DNA from: Patescibacteria group bacterium
GTDB lineage: Bacteria > Patescibacteriota > Patescibacteriia > Patescibacteriales > UBA12465
Assembly: GCA_050943055.1 (NCBI GenBank)
Contig: JBMNOL010000001.1
Span: 15,750-79,749, forward strand
Length of the DNA: 64,000 nucleotides
Direction of reading: 5' to 3'
The stretch's first letter is position 1; each line of letters opens with the position of its first letter. This document shows positions 46,563 to 56,179 of the stretch, one piece after another. Made by a program: the position numbers and the translations under genes. The notes below the pieces were generated by a model. That model was given only the letters and a program-made list of their open reading frames with translations, was not told where the DNA came from and ran no database searches.

Positions 46563-46972
46563 AACATCTTTTTTATTCCTTTATTGGTACCACTCTTCTT
46601 ATTGTTCCAAGCATTGTCCTGGCCTCAACAACACCCGCCTCTGGTCTTAATACTGAAAAAATGGATGCTCAGACCCAAGCTCTTACTCAGGCAGCCGGTT
46701 TAGGACAAAACACTAGCTTAAGCTTTATTATTGCTACTCTTATTCAGGTCCTATTAGGATTTTTAGGAATAATTTTTTTAATCCTGACAATTGTTTCCGG
46801 TTTTAAATGGATGACTGCTCAAGGCAATGAAGATACAATTAAAAAAGCCCAAGGAACTTTAATGAATGCTATTATTGGCTTAGTAATTGTCCTTGCCGCT
46901 TATATTATTACCACTACTTTATTTAAATTACTGCCTTTTTCGGGCGGTAGTGGCGGCGTTACCGGCGGCTAA
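46559..46972 (+). CDS. VirB2/TrbC-like pilin 6
   Basis: SGFKWMTAQGNED.IKKAQ..L.NAIIGL. Confidence 0.82.
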   Translation: MKHLFYSFIGTTLLIVPSIVLASTTPASGLNTEKMDAQTQALTQAAGLGQNTSLSFIIATLIQVLLGFLGIIFLILTIVSGFKWMTAQGNEDTIKKAQGTLMNAIIGLVIVLAAYIITTTLFKLLPFSGGSGGVTGG

Positions 46973-47029
46973 GAATAATTATTTTTTAAAAAATAAGGAC
47001 TATCTTTAGGATAGTCCTTTTTTTATTGT

Positions 47030-47638
47030 TTAAAAATCTGCTAGGGTCTTTTCGGCCCAAAAATAACACTTTTGGCCATCAGCATATTTGATATTGGCCG
47101 GATCGACCTTGCAAACTACATGGCCCATAAAGCGGCTGCCCATCGACACTTCTACTAAGTAATCGCCAGCCGGTAATTTTACCCATAACCTCTCTTCCGG
47201 AGCCAAATTATAGATTTGTGGAGGGAACTCCTTAAAACCACGACGAGTGATTTTAAAAGTAACATTCTCCCCCAAACCTCTTTTATTGTTAATGAGTAAG
47301 CCGGGCAAACCATAACCAAGTAGATCTTGACTCGCCAAAGGATCATCATAGTCATAAAAGAAGGCCTCCCCTTTGGCTTGACGGATGGCTTGTTGGGCTA
47401 GAGCTTCATTAACTTTAAATTGTTGTGCCCTGGTGCGACGCTTAAATTCATAATGCCCCATCTTGTCCGGAAGTTCAGCTTCTACATCAGTCGCTTTAAC
47501 AAAATCAAGTTGAGCTTTTAATTCTTCAATCTCTGTTTTAAGTTCAATAATCTTTCGTTGTGCTGAAATTAGATCCGCTTGAGCAATAAGAGAAAAACTG
47601 CTGACAAGAAATGCTGTTAGAAATAATACTTTCTTCAT
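47030..47638 (-). CDS. Secreted hypothetical protein with Bacteroidota-style signal peptide
   Basis: MKKVLFLTAFLVSSFSLIA-Q; short coiled coil, then beta-rich domain (LPAGDY.VEV). Confidence 0.7.
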   Translation of the reverse strand: MKKVLFLTAFLVSSFSLIAQADLISAQRKIIELKTEIEELKAQLDFVKATDVEAELPDKMGHYEFKRRTRAQQFKVNEALAQQAIRQAKGEAFFYDYDDPLASQDLLGYGLPGLLINNKRGLGENVTFKITRRGFKEFPPQIYNLAPEERLWVKLPAGDYLVEVSMGSRFMGHVVCKVDPANIKYADGQKCYFWAEKTLADF

Positions 47639-47809
47639 TTTTTATTGTTTTTATTGTTAATGTTCTAAAGGCATTTTACCATTTTTATATAAAAATGTCA
47701 ATGGCTTATCCACAGTCTTACTATTGACTAAAATCAAAGCTTATGATAAAAAGATCAGTCGCGAAATAAACCAGTCCTCTGGTTTTTGTTTTGAGGCTTA
47801 AAATAATTT

Positions 47810-48487
47810 ATGAAAACTAAACTCCAAAAAATCGGCGAGGACATTGTTCCTCTTAGTAGACGGCAAAGCTTTTTGCTTTATTTGTTGATTGTTTGCGTCT
47901 TTGAATTCCTCTTCTTTTTTACTCCCGCCCTCGCTAGCGCTAGTGTGGCGGCCACCGAAAATCCAACTAACGAAGACGACTTGATTAGTCTAACAGCGCC
48001 TTTAAAAAGTTCTGAATTAGACCCCAGCGCCCAAATAATCGTCAACCATCTATTGGCTAACCCGGACAAAACTCCGGCGCCAGTAGAGGAAGAAAAAACT
48101 TTGCGCTTAAGTAATCCTCAAGTTATTTCTGGACCAGAAGATCACCTTACTCAGGAAAAATCCCCAAAATACCGCGTTGTCAGAACCAGTGAGCATGTTA
48201 TCACTGCCTACAATTCGGAAGCCGCCCAAACTGATAGCTCTCCCTGTATCACCGCTAGCGGCTTCAATGTTTGCGAGCATGGCCTTGAAGATACAATTGG
48301 CGCTAATTTCTTAAAACTAGGCACCAAAGTCCGCATCCCCGAGCTATTTGGCGACCAAGTCTTTGTTGTTCGCGACCGAATGAATAAGCGTTATTCTAAT
48401 CGCATTGACGTCTGGATGGTGAAAAAAGAAGATGCTCTTAAATTCGGTGTGAAAACCGCCAAAATTGAAGTTTTAGAAGAAATTTAA
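47810..48487 (+). CDS. 3D-domain (MltA-like, peptidoglycan-related) membrane-anchored protein
   Basis: ITAYNS...QTD..PCITASG, N.L..GTKVRI, V.DRM, RIDVW, A..FG. Confidence 0.85.
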   Translation: MKTKLQKIGEDIVPLSRRQSFLLYLLIVCVFEFLFFFTPALASASVAATENPTNEDDLISLTAPLKSSELDPSAQIIVNHLLANPDKTPAPVEEEKTLRLSNPQVISGPEDHLTQEKSPKYRVVRTSEHVITAYNSEAAQTDSSPCITASGFNVCEHGLEDTIGANFLKLGTKVRIPELFGDQVFVVRDRMNKRYSNRIDVWMVKKEDALKFGVKTAKIEVLEEI

Positions 48488-48617
48488 GGAAATATTTTTT
48501 GAAAAATCCACCTTACCCCTTTTTCTTTGAAAAAGGGGTAAGGTTTTTTAAATCACCAAATTTTCTTGACTAATCTTACTTCACATTTAAGTAAATATAG
48601 TTTAAAATGATTAAGTC

Positions 48618-48699
48618 GCGGACATGGCGAAACTGGTAGACGCACTAGCCTTAGGAGCTAGCGGGGCAACCCGTGAGAGTTCGAGTCTCTCTGTCCGCA
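48618..48699 (+). tRNA. tRNA-Leu (UAG)
   Basis: GCGGACA/TGTCCGC; CTAGC-CTTAGGA-GCTAG; variable arm. Confidence 0.95.
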
Positions 48700-48700
48700 C

Positions 48701-49546
48701 ATGTTTTATTTTTTACATAATTTTGAACCCCAGCCTATTTTTTTATCCCTCGGTTTTCTAAATATTCGCTGGTATGGAATTTTTGTTGTCCTAGGAATCA
48801 CCGTTGGTCTAGTGCTAACCATTTATCTGGCGAAAAGGTTTCAAAAAAAACTAGACTTGGTTTGGGATCTACTTTTCTATTTAGTGATTTGGGGCTTAGT
48901 TGGCGCTCGCCTTTATGAGGTTTTTTTATTTTGGCCTTATTACCAGAATAATCTATTACAAATTTTTCAGATTTGGAAAGGGGGGTTAGCGATTCATGGC
49001 GCTCTCATTGCCGGAGTTATTGTTTTGTGGTGGTGGACCAAAAAACACCAAGACAGTTTTTGGCACTGGGCGGCAATTCTTAGCCCCGGACTCGCCTTCG
49101 GGCAAGCCATTGGTCGTTTTGGTAATTGGTTCAATCAAGAGTTATTTGGACAGCCAACCAATTTACCTTGGGGAATACCGATTACATTTCAAAATAGACC
49201 CCTTGCCTATCAAGACTTTTCCTTTTTTCACCCCACCTTTCTTTATGAAAGCCTGGGACTCCTAATTCTGGCCACTGCTTTGTTTTTTTTATTAAAAAAA
49301 ACAAAAACTCTAAGCGAAAAAAAATCTGTCTCTATTTTAGCCCTCTACTTAATCGGAGCATCACTACTGAGGTTTTTTCTAGAATTTATCAAAATTGACT
49401 CCGCGCCACTAATCTTTTCTTGGCGTTGGCCTCAATTTTTTTCTTTTATTTTAGTTATTATTACCCTTATCGGCTATCTAATTTATTTATACCACCATGA
49501 GAAACATTCTTCACTCCGACCAGTTTGGAACTCCAAAAAAAGTTAG
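48701..49546 (+). CDS. lgt: Prolipoprotein diacylglyceryl transferase
   Basis: IRWYG, GARLY, IWKGGLAIHG, QAIGRFGNWFNQELFG, HPTFLYES. Confidence 0.96.
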   Translation: MFYFLHNFEPQPIFLSLGFLNIRWYGIFVVLGITVGLVLTIYLAKRFQKKLDLVWDLLFYLVIWGLVGARLYEVFLFWPYYQNNLLQIFQIWKGGLAIHGALIAGVIVLWWWTKKHQDSFWHWAAILSPGLAFGQAIGRFGNWFNQELFGQPTNLPWGIPITFQNRPLAYQDFSFFHPTFLYESLGLLILATALFFLLKKTKTLSEKKSVSILALYLIGASLLRFFLEFIKIDSAPLIFSWRWPQFFSFILVIITLIGYLIYLYHHEKHSSLRPVWNSKKS

Positions 49547-50717
49547 TCAAAAAAAAACACGACAAAAAACATTAATAATTTTTGGCTTATTTGCTTTTTT
49601 GTTGTCTCTCGCTGATGCTTTACCCGCTTATATCCGCTCCAGCTATATGGAGAGTTTTGTTGGTGTTTCCGCGGTTAGTTGGTTTTATATTGCATCCAAT
49701 TTTGTCTCCATAGCTGCAATTTTAATCTTTCCTAAAATAATCAAGCGCTTAAGTAATTATTTAAGCGCTGGAATTATTATTCTTATTTTTATTTTTTCCT
49801 TACTTGGGCTCAGTTTTAGTAGCACCGCTCTTTGTGTATTTTTATTCTTTATTATCATGCAGATGGCCTCATATCTACTTTGGATTAATTTAGATATTTT
49901 TCTAGAATCAGCCTCTGATAATGAAACAACCGGACAAACACGCACAATCTATCTAACTTTTATGAATTTAGCTTGGGTTCTTGCCCCAGCTATTTCAGCT
50001 TGGCTGGTAGAAATCAAGGGATATGAAATAACTTTTTTTGTTTCAGCCTTAATCATGATTCCTTTTTTAATCATTTACCTGCTTACGCGTCAAAAACTAA
50101 AAAACACCACCATTGACGTCCCGCAAACTTCTCTAAAGGTAGCCCTAAAGGAAACCGTCAAAAACAAAAATTTACTGGCTATCTTTGTTGCCGCTGGACA
50201 ATTGACTGTTTTTTTTAATGCTGCCGTTGTTTTTTTACCAATTTACCTTAATCAAAATTTAGGATTTTCCTGGAGCGAACTTAGTATTGTCTTTTCTATT
50301 ATGCTCATTCCTTTCTTGCTTGTAGAAATTCCCGCCGGCATCTTAGCTGATAAATATATTGGCGAAAAAGAATTACTCACCCTGGGGTTCTTAATCATTA
50401 TCACTTGCCTAGCAATTTTCTTTATGAGCACTTCAAGGAATATTTGGTTTTGGGCGACGATTCTTTTTATTTCCCGAATTGGAGCTGCTTTAATTGAAGC
50501 AATGAAAGAATCTTATTTTTTTAAAAATGTTGACGCTCACGATATTGAAAAAATAAACATTTTTAGAATTGCCCCTCCTTTGGGTTATTTGGTGGCCTCT
50601 TTTATATCCTTAATTATTTTACTTTACCTGCCTTTGGAGTATATCTTTATTATAACCGCTCTTTTTATTTGCTTATTTACCTTTCCGGTGTTAATAAGCA
50701 TGAAAGACTCTCTTTAA
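49497..50717 (+). CDS. MFS transporter
   Basis: About 12 TM segments; G.LADKY.GEK loop motif. Confidence 0.85.
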   Translation: MRNILHSDQFGTPKKVSQKKTRQKTLIIFGLFAFLLSLADALPAYIRSSYMESFVGVSAVSWFYIASNFVSIAAILIFPKIIKRLSNYLSAGIIILIFIFSLLGLSFSSTALCVFLFFIIMQMASYLLWINLDIFLESASDNETTGQTRTIYLTFMNLAWVLAPAISAWLVEIKGYEITFFVSALIMIPFLIIYLLTRQKLKNTTIDVPQTSLKVALKETVKNKNLLAIFVAAGQLTVFFNAAVVFLPIYLNQNLGFSWSELSIVFSIMLIPFLLVEIPAGILADKYIGEKELLTLGFLIIITCLAIFFMSTSRNIWFWATILFISRIGAALIEAMKESYFFKNVDAHDIEKINIFRIAPPLGYLVASFISLIILLYLPLEYIFIITALFICLFTFPVLISMKDSL

Positions 50718-50782
50718 GGCTAGCCTAAAGTTAAGATTAGGCCGTTGACGGGGACTTAAATTATGTTATTATAATAACATTG

Positions 50783-50854
50783 GCGGGTATCGTATAATGG
50801 CTTTTATATCAGCCTTCCAAGCTGAGGATAGGGGTTCGATTCCCCTTACCCGCT
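50783..50854 (+). tRNA. tRNA-Gly (UCC)
   Basis: GCGGGTA/TACCCGC; TCAGC-CTTCCAA-GCTGA; U73. Confidence 0.94.
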
Positions 50855-50892
50855 CTAAGAGCGCCGCTAACAGTGGCGCTTTTTTTAAGTTT

Positions 50893-51987
50893 ATGAAGTA
50901 TTTATTTTTTGTTCAAAGTGAGGGACGTGGCCATTTAAACCAAGCTTTAGCGGTGGCCGCCGGCCTCCGGCGCCATGGCCACGAAATTTGTGGAGTGGTA
51001 ACTAATTATTTACCGACCCGCCCGATACCTGAATATTTTATTAAGGAAATTGATGCCCCCTTATATTCAGTTGATAGCCCCTACTTTTTAATCACTAAAG
51101 ATCAAAAGGGGGTTGCTTTTGGACGTAGTCTAGTTTTTAATTTTTCCCGTCTCCATGCCTATTGGCTGAGCTTAAAAAAAATAAAGAATTTAATCAAAAC
51201 CTTGGAGCCCGATATTGTCATCAATTTTTATGAATCTTTATTTGGTTTATACCGCTTATTATTTCGCCCCCCAGTTAAAAGTTTCACTATCGGTCATCAA
51301 TTCTTTATTACCAACCCGGATTTTATCAGACCCCCAAAAAACCATTACTCTTTTTTATTATTAAAACTTTATAACTGGCTAGTTTCCTATGGCTCAACCG
51401 CTAAAATTGCCCTTTCTTTTTCCAACTCGCCCGACCAGCCTCAAAAAAAAATACTTGTTTGCCCACCCTTAATTCGCCAAAGTATTTTAGATCAAAAAAT
51501 AAAAACTGATAATTTTATTCTTTCTTACATATTAAACCCCGGTTATGCGGAGATAATTACTGACTTTGCGACTAAGAATAAAGAAATAAAAATTGAAGCT
51601 TTTTGGGATAAACTGGAAGCGGCCCCGAAAGAACAGCCTTTAGAAAATTTATGTTTTTATAAAATCAACGGGGATTTATTTATTGATCGCCTGTCTAAAT
51701 GCGGCGCTTACATCGCCACCGCCGGGTTTGAATCTATTTGTGAGGCCGCCTATCTAGAAAAACCAATTCTAATGATTCCCACCCCCAACCATTACGAGCA
51801 GTGGTGTAATGCTTATGACGCTAAACGCTGTGGCTTAGCTGAGTTTAGCGCTGAATTTGATTTTGATAAATTACTAGCCCTAACAAAAACCCAGTTTATT
51901 AAACCTGGGCAATGTTTCAAAAAATGGCACGACGAGAATAAGGACAAAATTTTTACAATTCTAGAGAATCGCTGGTATCAAAAATAA
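50893..51987 (+). CDS. GT-B glycosyltransferase (MJ1255/VC2487-like); start reassigned to ATG 50893
   Basis: QSEGRGH, PDIVINFYE, TAGFESICEA.YL.KP...P...HYEQ..NA; listed upstream start lies inside tRNA-Gly. Confidence 0.85.
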   Translation: MKYLFFVQSEGRGHLNQALAVAAGLRRHGHEICGVVTNYLPTRPIPEYFIKEIDAPLYSVDSPYFLITKDQKGVAFGRSLVFNFSRLHAYWLSLKKIKNLIKTLEPDIVINFYESLFGLYRLLFRPPVKSFTIGHQFFITNPDFIRPPKNHYSFLLLKLYNWLVSYGSTAKIALSFSNSPDQPQKKILVCPPLIRQSILDQKIKTDNFILSYILNPGYAEIITDFATKNKEIKIEAFWDKLEAAPKEQPLENLCFYKINGDLFIDRLSKCGAYIATAGFESICEAAYLEKPILMIPTPNHYEQWCNAYDAKRCGLAEFSAEFDFDKLLALTKTQFIKPGQCFKKWHDENKDKIFTILENRWYQK

Positions 51988-52990
51988 ATTTACCAATTTC
52001 CCAATACTCCGGATTACCATAGAGCTTCTGCCAGTACCACCACTCTACTCCCCAAACATATACATCTTTAAAACCGGTATTAATGGCAAATTGTAAATTA
52101 GCTTTAAATTGATCAATACTCATGGACTTATCAATCTCTGATTGGCTTAAGTAAATAATTTTTCCATTAGGCACCCAGGGTTCGGTTTGTAACTCAATAA
52201 TACTAGCTTCGCGATAATCAAGTCCTGACAATTTAGCTTTAGTGCGATAAAAACCGGGGGTGAAAAAATAATTAAAGAAACCCCAGCGATGATCATAAAC
52301 TACCCGGTAGAGAGTACTACCAAAAACATCCCCTAAAGCTACCTCTTTTTTCCAGCTACTAATCTCACCGGAGGCAGTAATTATAACCGGGCGAGAATCC
52401 AAACTCTTAACTAACTCTACCTCTTTATTCAAAAACTCCTCATCTAAGGGCGGGCAAACACCAAAAGAATTAAAGTAAGCTTCGTTTTCAACCTGCCAAG
52501 CAACAATTTGTGGATTATCTTTATAACGGTTAACTGTTTCGACAATTGCTTCAATTAGAGCATCCTGACGGTCTGATTTTTCTTTTAAAACTACCCAAGA
52601 GGGCGCATGACATTCCGGCCACCGGGGCTGCCGATGACCTAAAACAATAATAATTTCCACCCCCTCTTTACTAGCCAAATCTACCATCTCATCTAATTTG
52701 GTAAAATTATAAACGCCTTCCTCGGGATTAATTTCATCCCAATAAGCGGGAAGACGTAATTTTTTTACCCCTAAATCATAAATAATAGCCTGATAAACAT
52801 CGCGCCACTCCAAACCAAGTTCGGTTGCATATTTAGAAGAAAAGGTGGCACCAAAATAATTAGAATCATGCTCTAAATTAATGTCTTTAGGATAATAATT
52901 ACAAAACTTACTAGCATAAAAAAAGGCACCCACTAGTAATAATAAAAAACCAACAATAATATACAACCACATCTTTTTTTTCTTTCTCAT
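51953..52990 (-). CDS. Membrane-anchored clan GH-A glycoside hydrolase (GH42/GH5-like)
   Basis: LRLPAYWDEI.P.EG.YNF..LD, WQVENE acid/base motif, ELQTEPW. Confidence 0.75.
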   Translation of the reverse strand: MRKKKKMWLYIIVGFLLLLVGAFFYASKFCNYYPKDINLEHDSNYFGATFSSKYATELGLEWRDVYQAIIYDLGVKKLRLPAYWDEINPEEGVYNFTKLDEMVDLASKEGVEIIIVLGHRQPRWPECHAPSWVVLKEKSDRQDALIEAIVETVNRYKDNPQIVAWQVENEAYFNSFGVCPPLDEEFLNKEVELVKSLDSRPVIITASGEISSWKKEVALGDVFGSTLYRVVYDHRWGFFNYFFTPGFYRTKAKLSGLDYREASIIELQTEPWVPNGKIIYLSQSEIDKSMSIDQFKANLQFAINTGFKDVYVWGVEWWYWQKLYGNPEYWEIGKFIFDTSDSLEL

Positions 52991-53003
52991 AATAATTAAA
53001 AAC

Positions 53004-53948
53004 TTAAAGCTGAAGAGCAGTTAAATATAAGCCGCCACTAATTAATAACAAGGCAATTAATTTTTGCCAAAAAACTCGCCAAACAAATTTTTCTTTATAT
53101 TGTTTTATAAAAAGACCCAAAACAAAAGACAAAACTATTAAAACACCGTATTGCACTCCTTGTAAAGCGGTGACCATTGCTACCGGCCCTAAAAAAATCG
53201 CATAATTTTGCAAAACCGAACTAAGCGCCCCTAAACCCTGATTAGCCAAAAACAGAAAATTATTATTTTTACTTTTCTTTTTCTTCTGCGGGAAAATTTG
53301 TTTAATAATTTCTTGACGGCTTTTAGGATCGAGAAGAAAAAGCATCGCCGTTAAAGCCGCTCCCAGTCGTAGCCACATAAAACCACTAACAAAAGATTGT
53401 TGCGTATAAACTTCTTTAGTTGCTACAAAAAAAGCGGCATAGAAAAAAGCCGACAAAGCCGTTAAACGCCAAGATCGTCGCTTGTATTTACTTGGATGAA
53501 AAGTTTGCCAAATTTTTTCCCAGAAAGAGGTTACGGTGGGTAAAAAAGCAATTAAAAAAATACCAGTAATAAGTAATAGTAAACCGCCTATTTGGTAAAT
53601 CGAGAAAATTTCCCTAAGAAAGGCAAAACTAAACAGAGCTGTAAAAACTGGCACCAAACCGCCAATAATAATAATCGTTTGACTGGCAGCACTACGGCGC
53701 AAAGCTTCATACATAAAAAATATCGCTGCCGTAAATAAAGATCCTGAGAGCAACGCTATTAATAAATTCCGCCAACCGGGAAATTCTAAAAACCAAGGGG
53801 CCCCAATAAAAATAATTAAACTAAGGACGCAGACCAAGAAAGTGTAGGTCTTTGAACTTTTAACGACATTGTCAATCAAAAACTTATCAGTGAGATTAAC
53901 CACCGCCATTAAAATATAAGAAACTATAGCAAAACTAAACCAAGCCAT
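53004..53948 (-). CDS. EamA/DMT-family transporter
   Basis: About 10 TM segments, two-repeat pattern, PVFT..FS..FLRE. Confidence 0.8.
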   Translation of the reverse strand: MAWFSFAIVSYILMAVVNLTDKFLIDNVVKSSKTYTFLVCVLSLIIFIGAPWFLEFPGWRNLLIALLSGSLFTAAIFFMYEALRRSAASQTIIIIGGLVPVFTALFSFAFLREIFSIYQIGGLLLLITGIFLIAFLPTVTSFWEKIWQTFHPSKYKRRSWRLTALSAFFYAAFFVATKEVYTQQSFVSGFMWLRLGAALTAMLFLLDPKSRQEIIKQIFPQKKKKSKNNNFLFLANQGLGALSSVLQNYAIFLGPVAMVTALQGVQYGVLIVLSFVLGLFIKQYKEKFVWRVFWQKLIALLLISGGLYLTALQL

Positions 53949-53957
53949 AAGCCTTTC

Positions 53958-55229
53958 TTAATTAAATAAAGCTTCAATATTGTAGGTTCCTCTCGGATTA
54001 TCATTAAGATAAGCATCAAACGCCGCTCGGGCTAAACGACCAGACTTTAATAAATCCGGGAACCACTCATTAACATATTTTAAATCTAAAGAATCAATCC
54101 CGGCGCCACTTTTAAGTAAAGTTTCACGATTAAAAACCTCTTGCGAACCAATCACCGGTGACATAATAATTGGCAAACCTAAAGCGGCATAAAAAGATAA
54201 TTCTGAAGGCTTAGTCCACAAAACGTCAGTTGTTCTTAAAACCTGATTAAACTCTTTAAAATATTCAACCTTATCGGGATTAAAAACAACTCGAACATTT
54301 TTATTATCAGCCACCCCCGCCTCTTTTAGACAATTGTCAAAATAGTCTTTAACTTCTGGACGGTTACCGGCAATTAAATTTAAGCCTAAACGACCATCCT
54401 TAATCCAATCAATTAAACCGTTTAATATTTGCGCGCCAATTTCTTTTTGAGCACCAGCGCCACCAACGGCATAAGTAATTGTTGTTGGCCGATCAATATT
54501 TTCAGCGACCGGCAAATGCTCATCAATTAAAGCTTGATAATTCTTATGATAAATTCCATTCGGATCAAGATGAGACAAACGATTAGCTAAATCTTGTTTT
54601 AAAATTTCATTATTTTCGCCAATGTTTTCTTTAGGAAGTGGAAAACCGGTTACTTTTAAATTTTCCGGCTTCACGCCATACATCAAAAAGCGCTCACGAA
54701 CACGGTCGTTTGGTAGTAAATATTTAACGCGGGTATTTTTTGAGTCCATATTAACCCAAGCCCGGGAAACATCAGTGTCAGTAATTATACAATAAATATC
54801 ACCGGCGTAATTTTGCTCTTCGGCAAAATAAGCGCCAACAAAAAAAGTTGTTAAAAATGGTAAACCATTGGCGCGCAAACTATCTATCAAGTTTTTTCCC
54901 AAACCTTTTTTGACTTGGTAATAAAAAAATCTTTCCTGTACCGTCGGAGCGGATAAATCTCGCTTCGGATAGAAAGGTTGAATTTTTTGAAAAGCATCCA
55001 TAATTGAAAAAACCAACCCCCCTACTAGTGGCCATTTCTTTAAACGAGAAATTTGATTATAAGTTTTATTGCTGCTGGTCCAATATTTTTTTTCCCAAGC
55101 GGCAATACCCTCATAATTATTAATTGTGATAATTTTTTGACCAACGGCGATATCAAGTAATGGATAGGCGGCCCTTTGATGGCCATAGCCCATATCCACG
55201 GCGATTAAATTAATTTTTTCTTGTGACAT
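53958..55229 (-). CDS. GT28/MGDG-synthase-like glycosyltransferase
   Basis: MGYGHQRAA, ITDTD, VTGFP, TKPSE....LGLP......QE..N. Confidence 0.7.
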   Translation of the reverse strand: MSQEKINLIAVDMGYGHQRAAYPLLDIAVGQKIITINNYEGIAAWEKKYWTSSNKTYNQISRLKKWPLVGGLVFSIMDAFQKIQPFYPKRDLSAPTVQERFFYYQVKKGLGKNLIDSLRANGLPFLTTFFVGAYFAEEQNYAGDIYCIITDTDVSRAWVNMDSKNTRVKYLLPNDRVRERFLMYGVKPENLKVTGFPLPKENIGENNEILKQDLANRLSHLDPNGIYHKNYQALIDEHLPVAENIDRPTTITYAVGGAGAQKEIGAQILNGLIDWIKDGRLGLNLIAGNRPEVKDYFDNCLKEAGVADNKNVRVVFNPDKVEYFKEFNQVLRTTDVLWTKPSELSFYAALGLPIIMSPVIGSQEVFNRETLLKSGAGIDSLDLKYVNEWFPDLLKSGRLARAAFDAYLNDNPRGTYNIEALFN

Positions 55230-55237
55230 ATTGATAA

Positions 55238-56179
55238 TTAATAAACGACTTTTGATTTCTTTATTTGATTTCTAGTTTGTAAATATTTATAAGCGGACAG
55301 TGCGGCCGTGGTCGCTTGTCCAACAGCCACCGTTATTTGTTTGTATTCGCTTTTATTGGTAACATCTCCAGCCGCGAACAAGCCAGGAGTTTTAGTTTCC
55401 ATTAAATTATTAACAACAAGCTGTAAACTATCATCACGATCAACTAAATCAGCTACAACATCAGTGTGAGCAATGCGACCAATTTCAATAAAGACACCAT
55501 CGACTGCTAACTCTTTTACTTCACCACCTGGTAATTCATAAACAATTTTTTCAACCTTACTGTCGCCGGCAATTTCTTTAACCACCGCATCGGCAATAAT
55601 AGTAATATTTTCTCGTTCTTTAACCTCAGTGATTAGAGATTCAAAAGCCTTAAAGTTTTGGTTGCGGTGCACCAGATAAACCTGGTTGGCAATTTTGGAA
55701 AGCATCTCCGCTGAATCAAAAGCGGAGTTGCCACCACCAATCACCACCACCGTTTTCCCGCGATATAAAGGGCCGTCACAATTAGCACAATAGGAAACGC
55801 CGTGCCCCATAAGCTCCACTTCTCCAGCGACCGCTAAACGGCGCGGCGATAAACCGATAGTTAAAATAACCGTCTTTGCTAAAAATTCTTCTTTATTTGT
55901 ATAAACTTTAAAAGTTTCATCGGCCATTTTTTCTAAACGCACCACTTCCGCTGTTTTGAGTTCGGCACCAAAAGAAAGCGCTTGATCGTGTAAGCGCTCA
56001 ATAAATTCAAAATTACTAATATTTTTAAAACCAGGATAGTTTTCAATTTCGGAAGCCCAAACTACCTGACCCCCTAATTGCTTACCGATAATCAAAGTTT
56101 TCATTTCTCGACGAGTTGAAAAAATAGCCGCCGTTAAACCGGCTGGACCTGAGCCAACAATTATTGTGTCGTATAACAT
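55238..56179 (-). CDS. trxB: Thioredoxin-disulfide reductase
   Basis: GSGPAGLTAA, GVSYCANCDG, GGGNSA, PGLFAAGD. Confidence 0.92.
   Translation of the reverse strand: MLYDTIIVGSGPAGLTAAIFSTRREMKTLIIGKQLGGQVVWASEIENYPGFKNISNFEFIERLHDQALSFGAELKTAEVVRLEKMADETFKVYTNKEEFLAKTVILTIGLSPRRLAVAGEVELMGHGVSYCANCDGPLYRGKTVVVIGGGNSAFDSAEMLSKIANQVYLVHRNQNFKAFESLITEVKERENITIIADAVVKEIAGDSKVEKIVYELPGGEVKELAVDGVFIEIGRIAHTDVVADLVDRDDSLQLVVNNLMETKTPGLFAAGDVTNKSEYKQITVAVGQATTAALSAYKYLQTRNQIKKSKVVY

Noticed and set aside
44410-46972. Pilin array as a DGR target, shufflon or conjugative element
   Set aside because: No reverse transcriptase, recombinase, relaxase or near-identical DNA repeats; paralogues are diverged throughout
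48505-48548. Long perfect hairpin after the 3D-domain gene
   Set aside because: Explained as an ordinary intrinsic terminator; no second copy seen
50797-50892. N-terminal 32 aa of the glycosyltransferase ORF
   Set aside because: Lies within tRNA-Gly; the likely start is 50893
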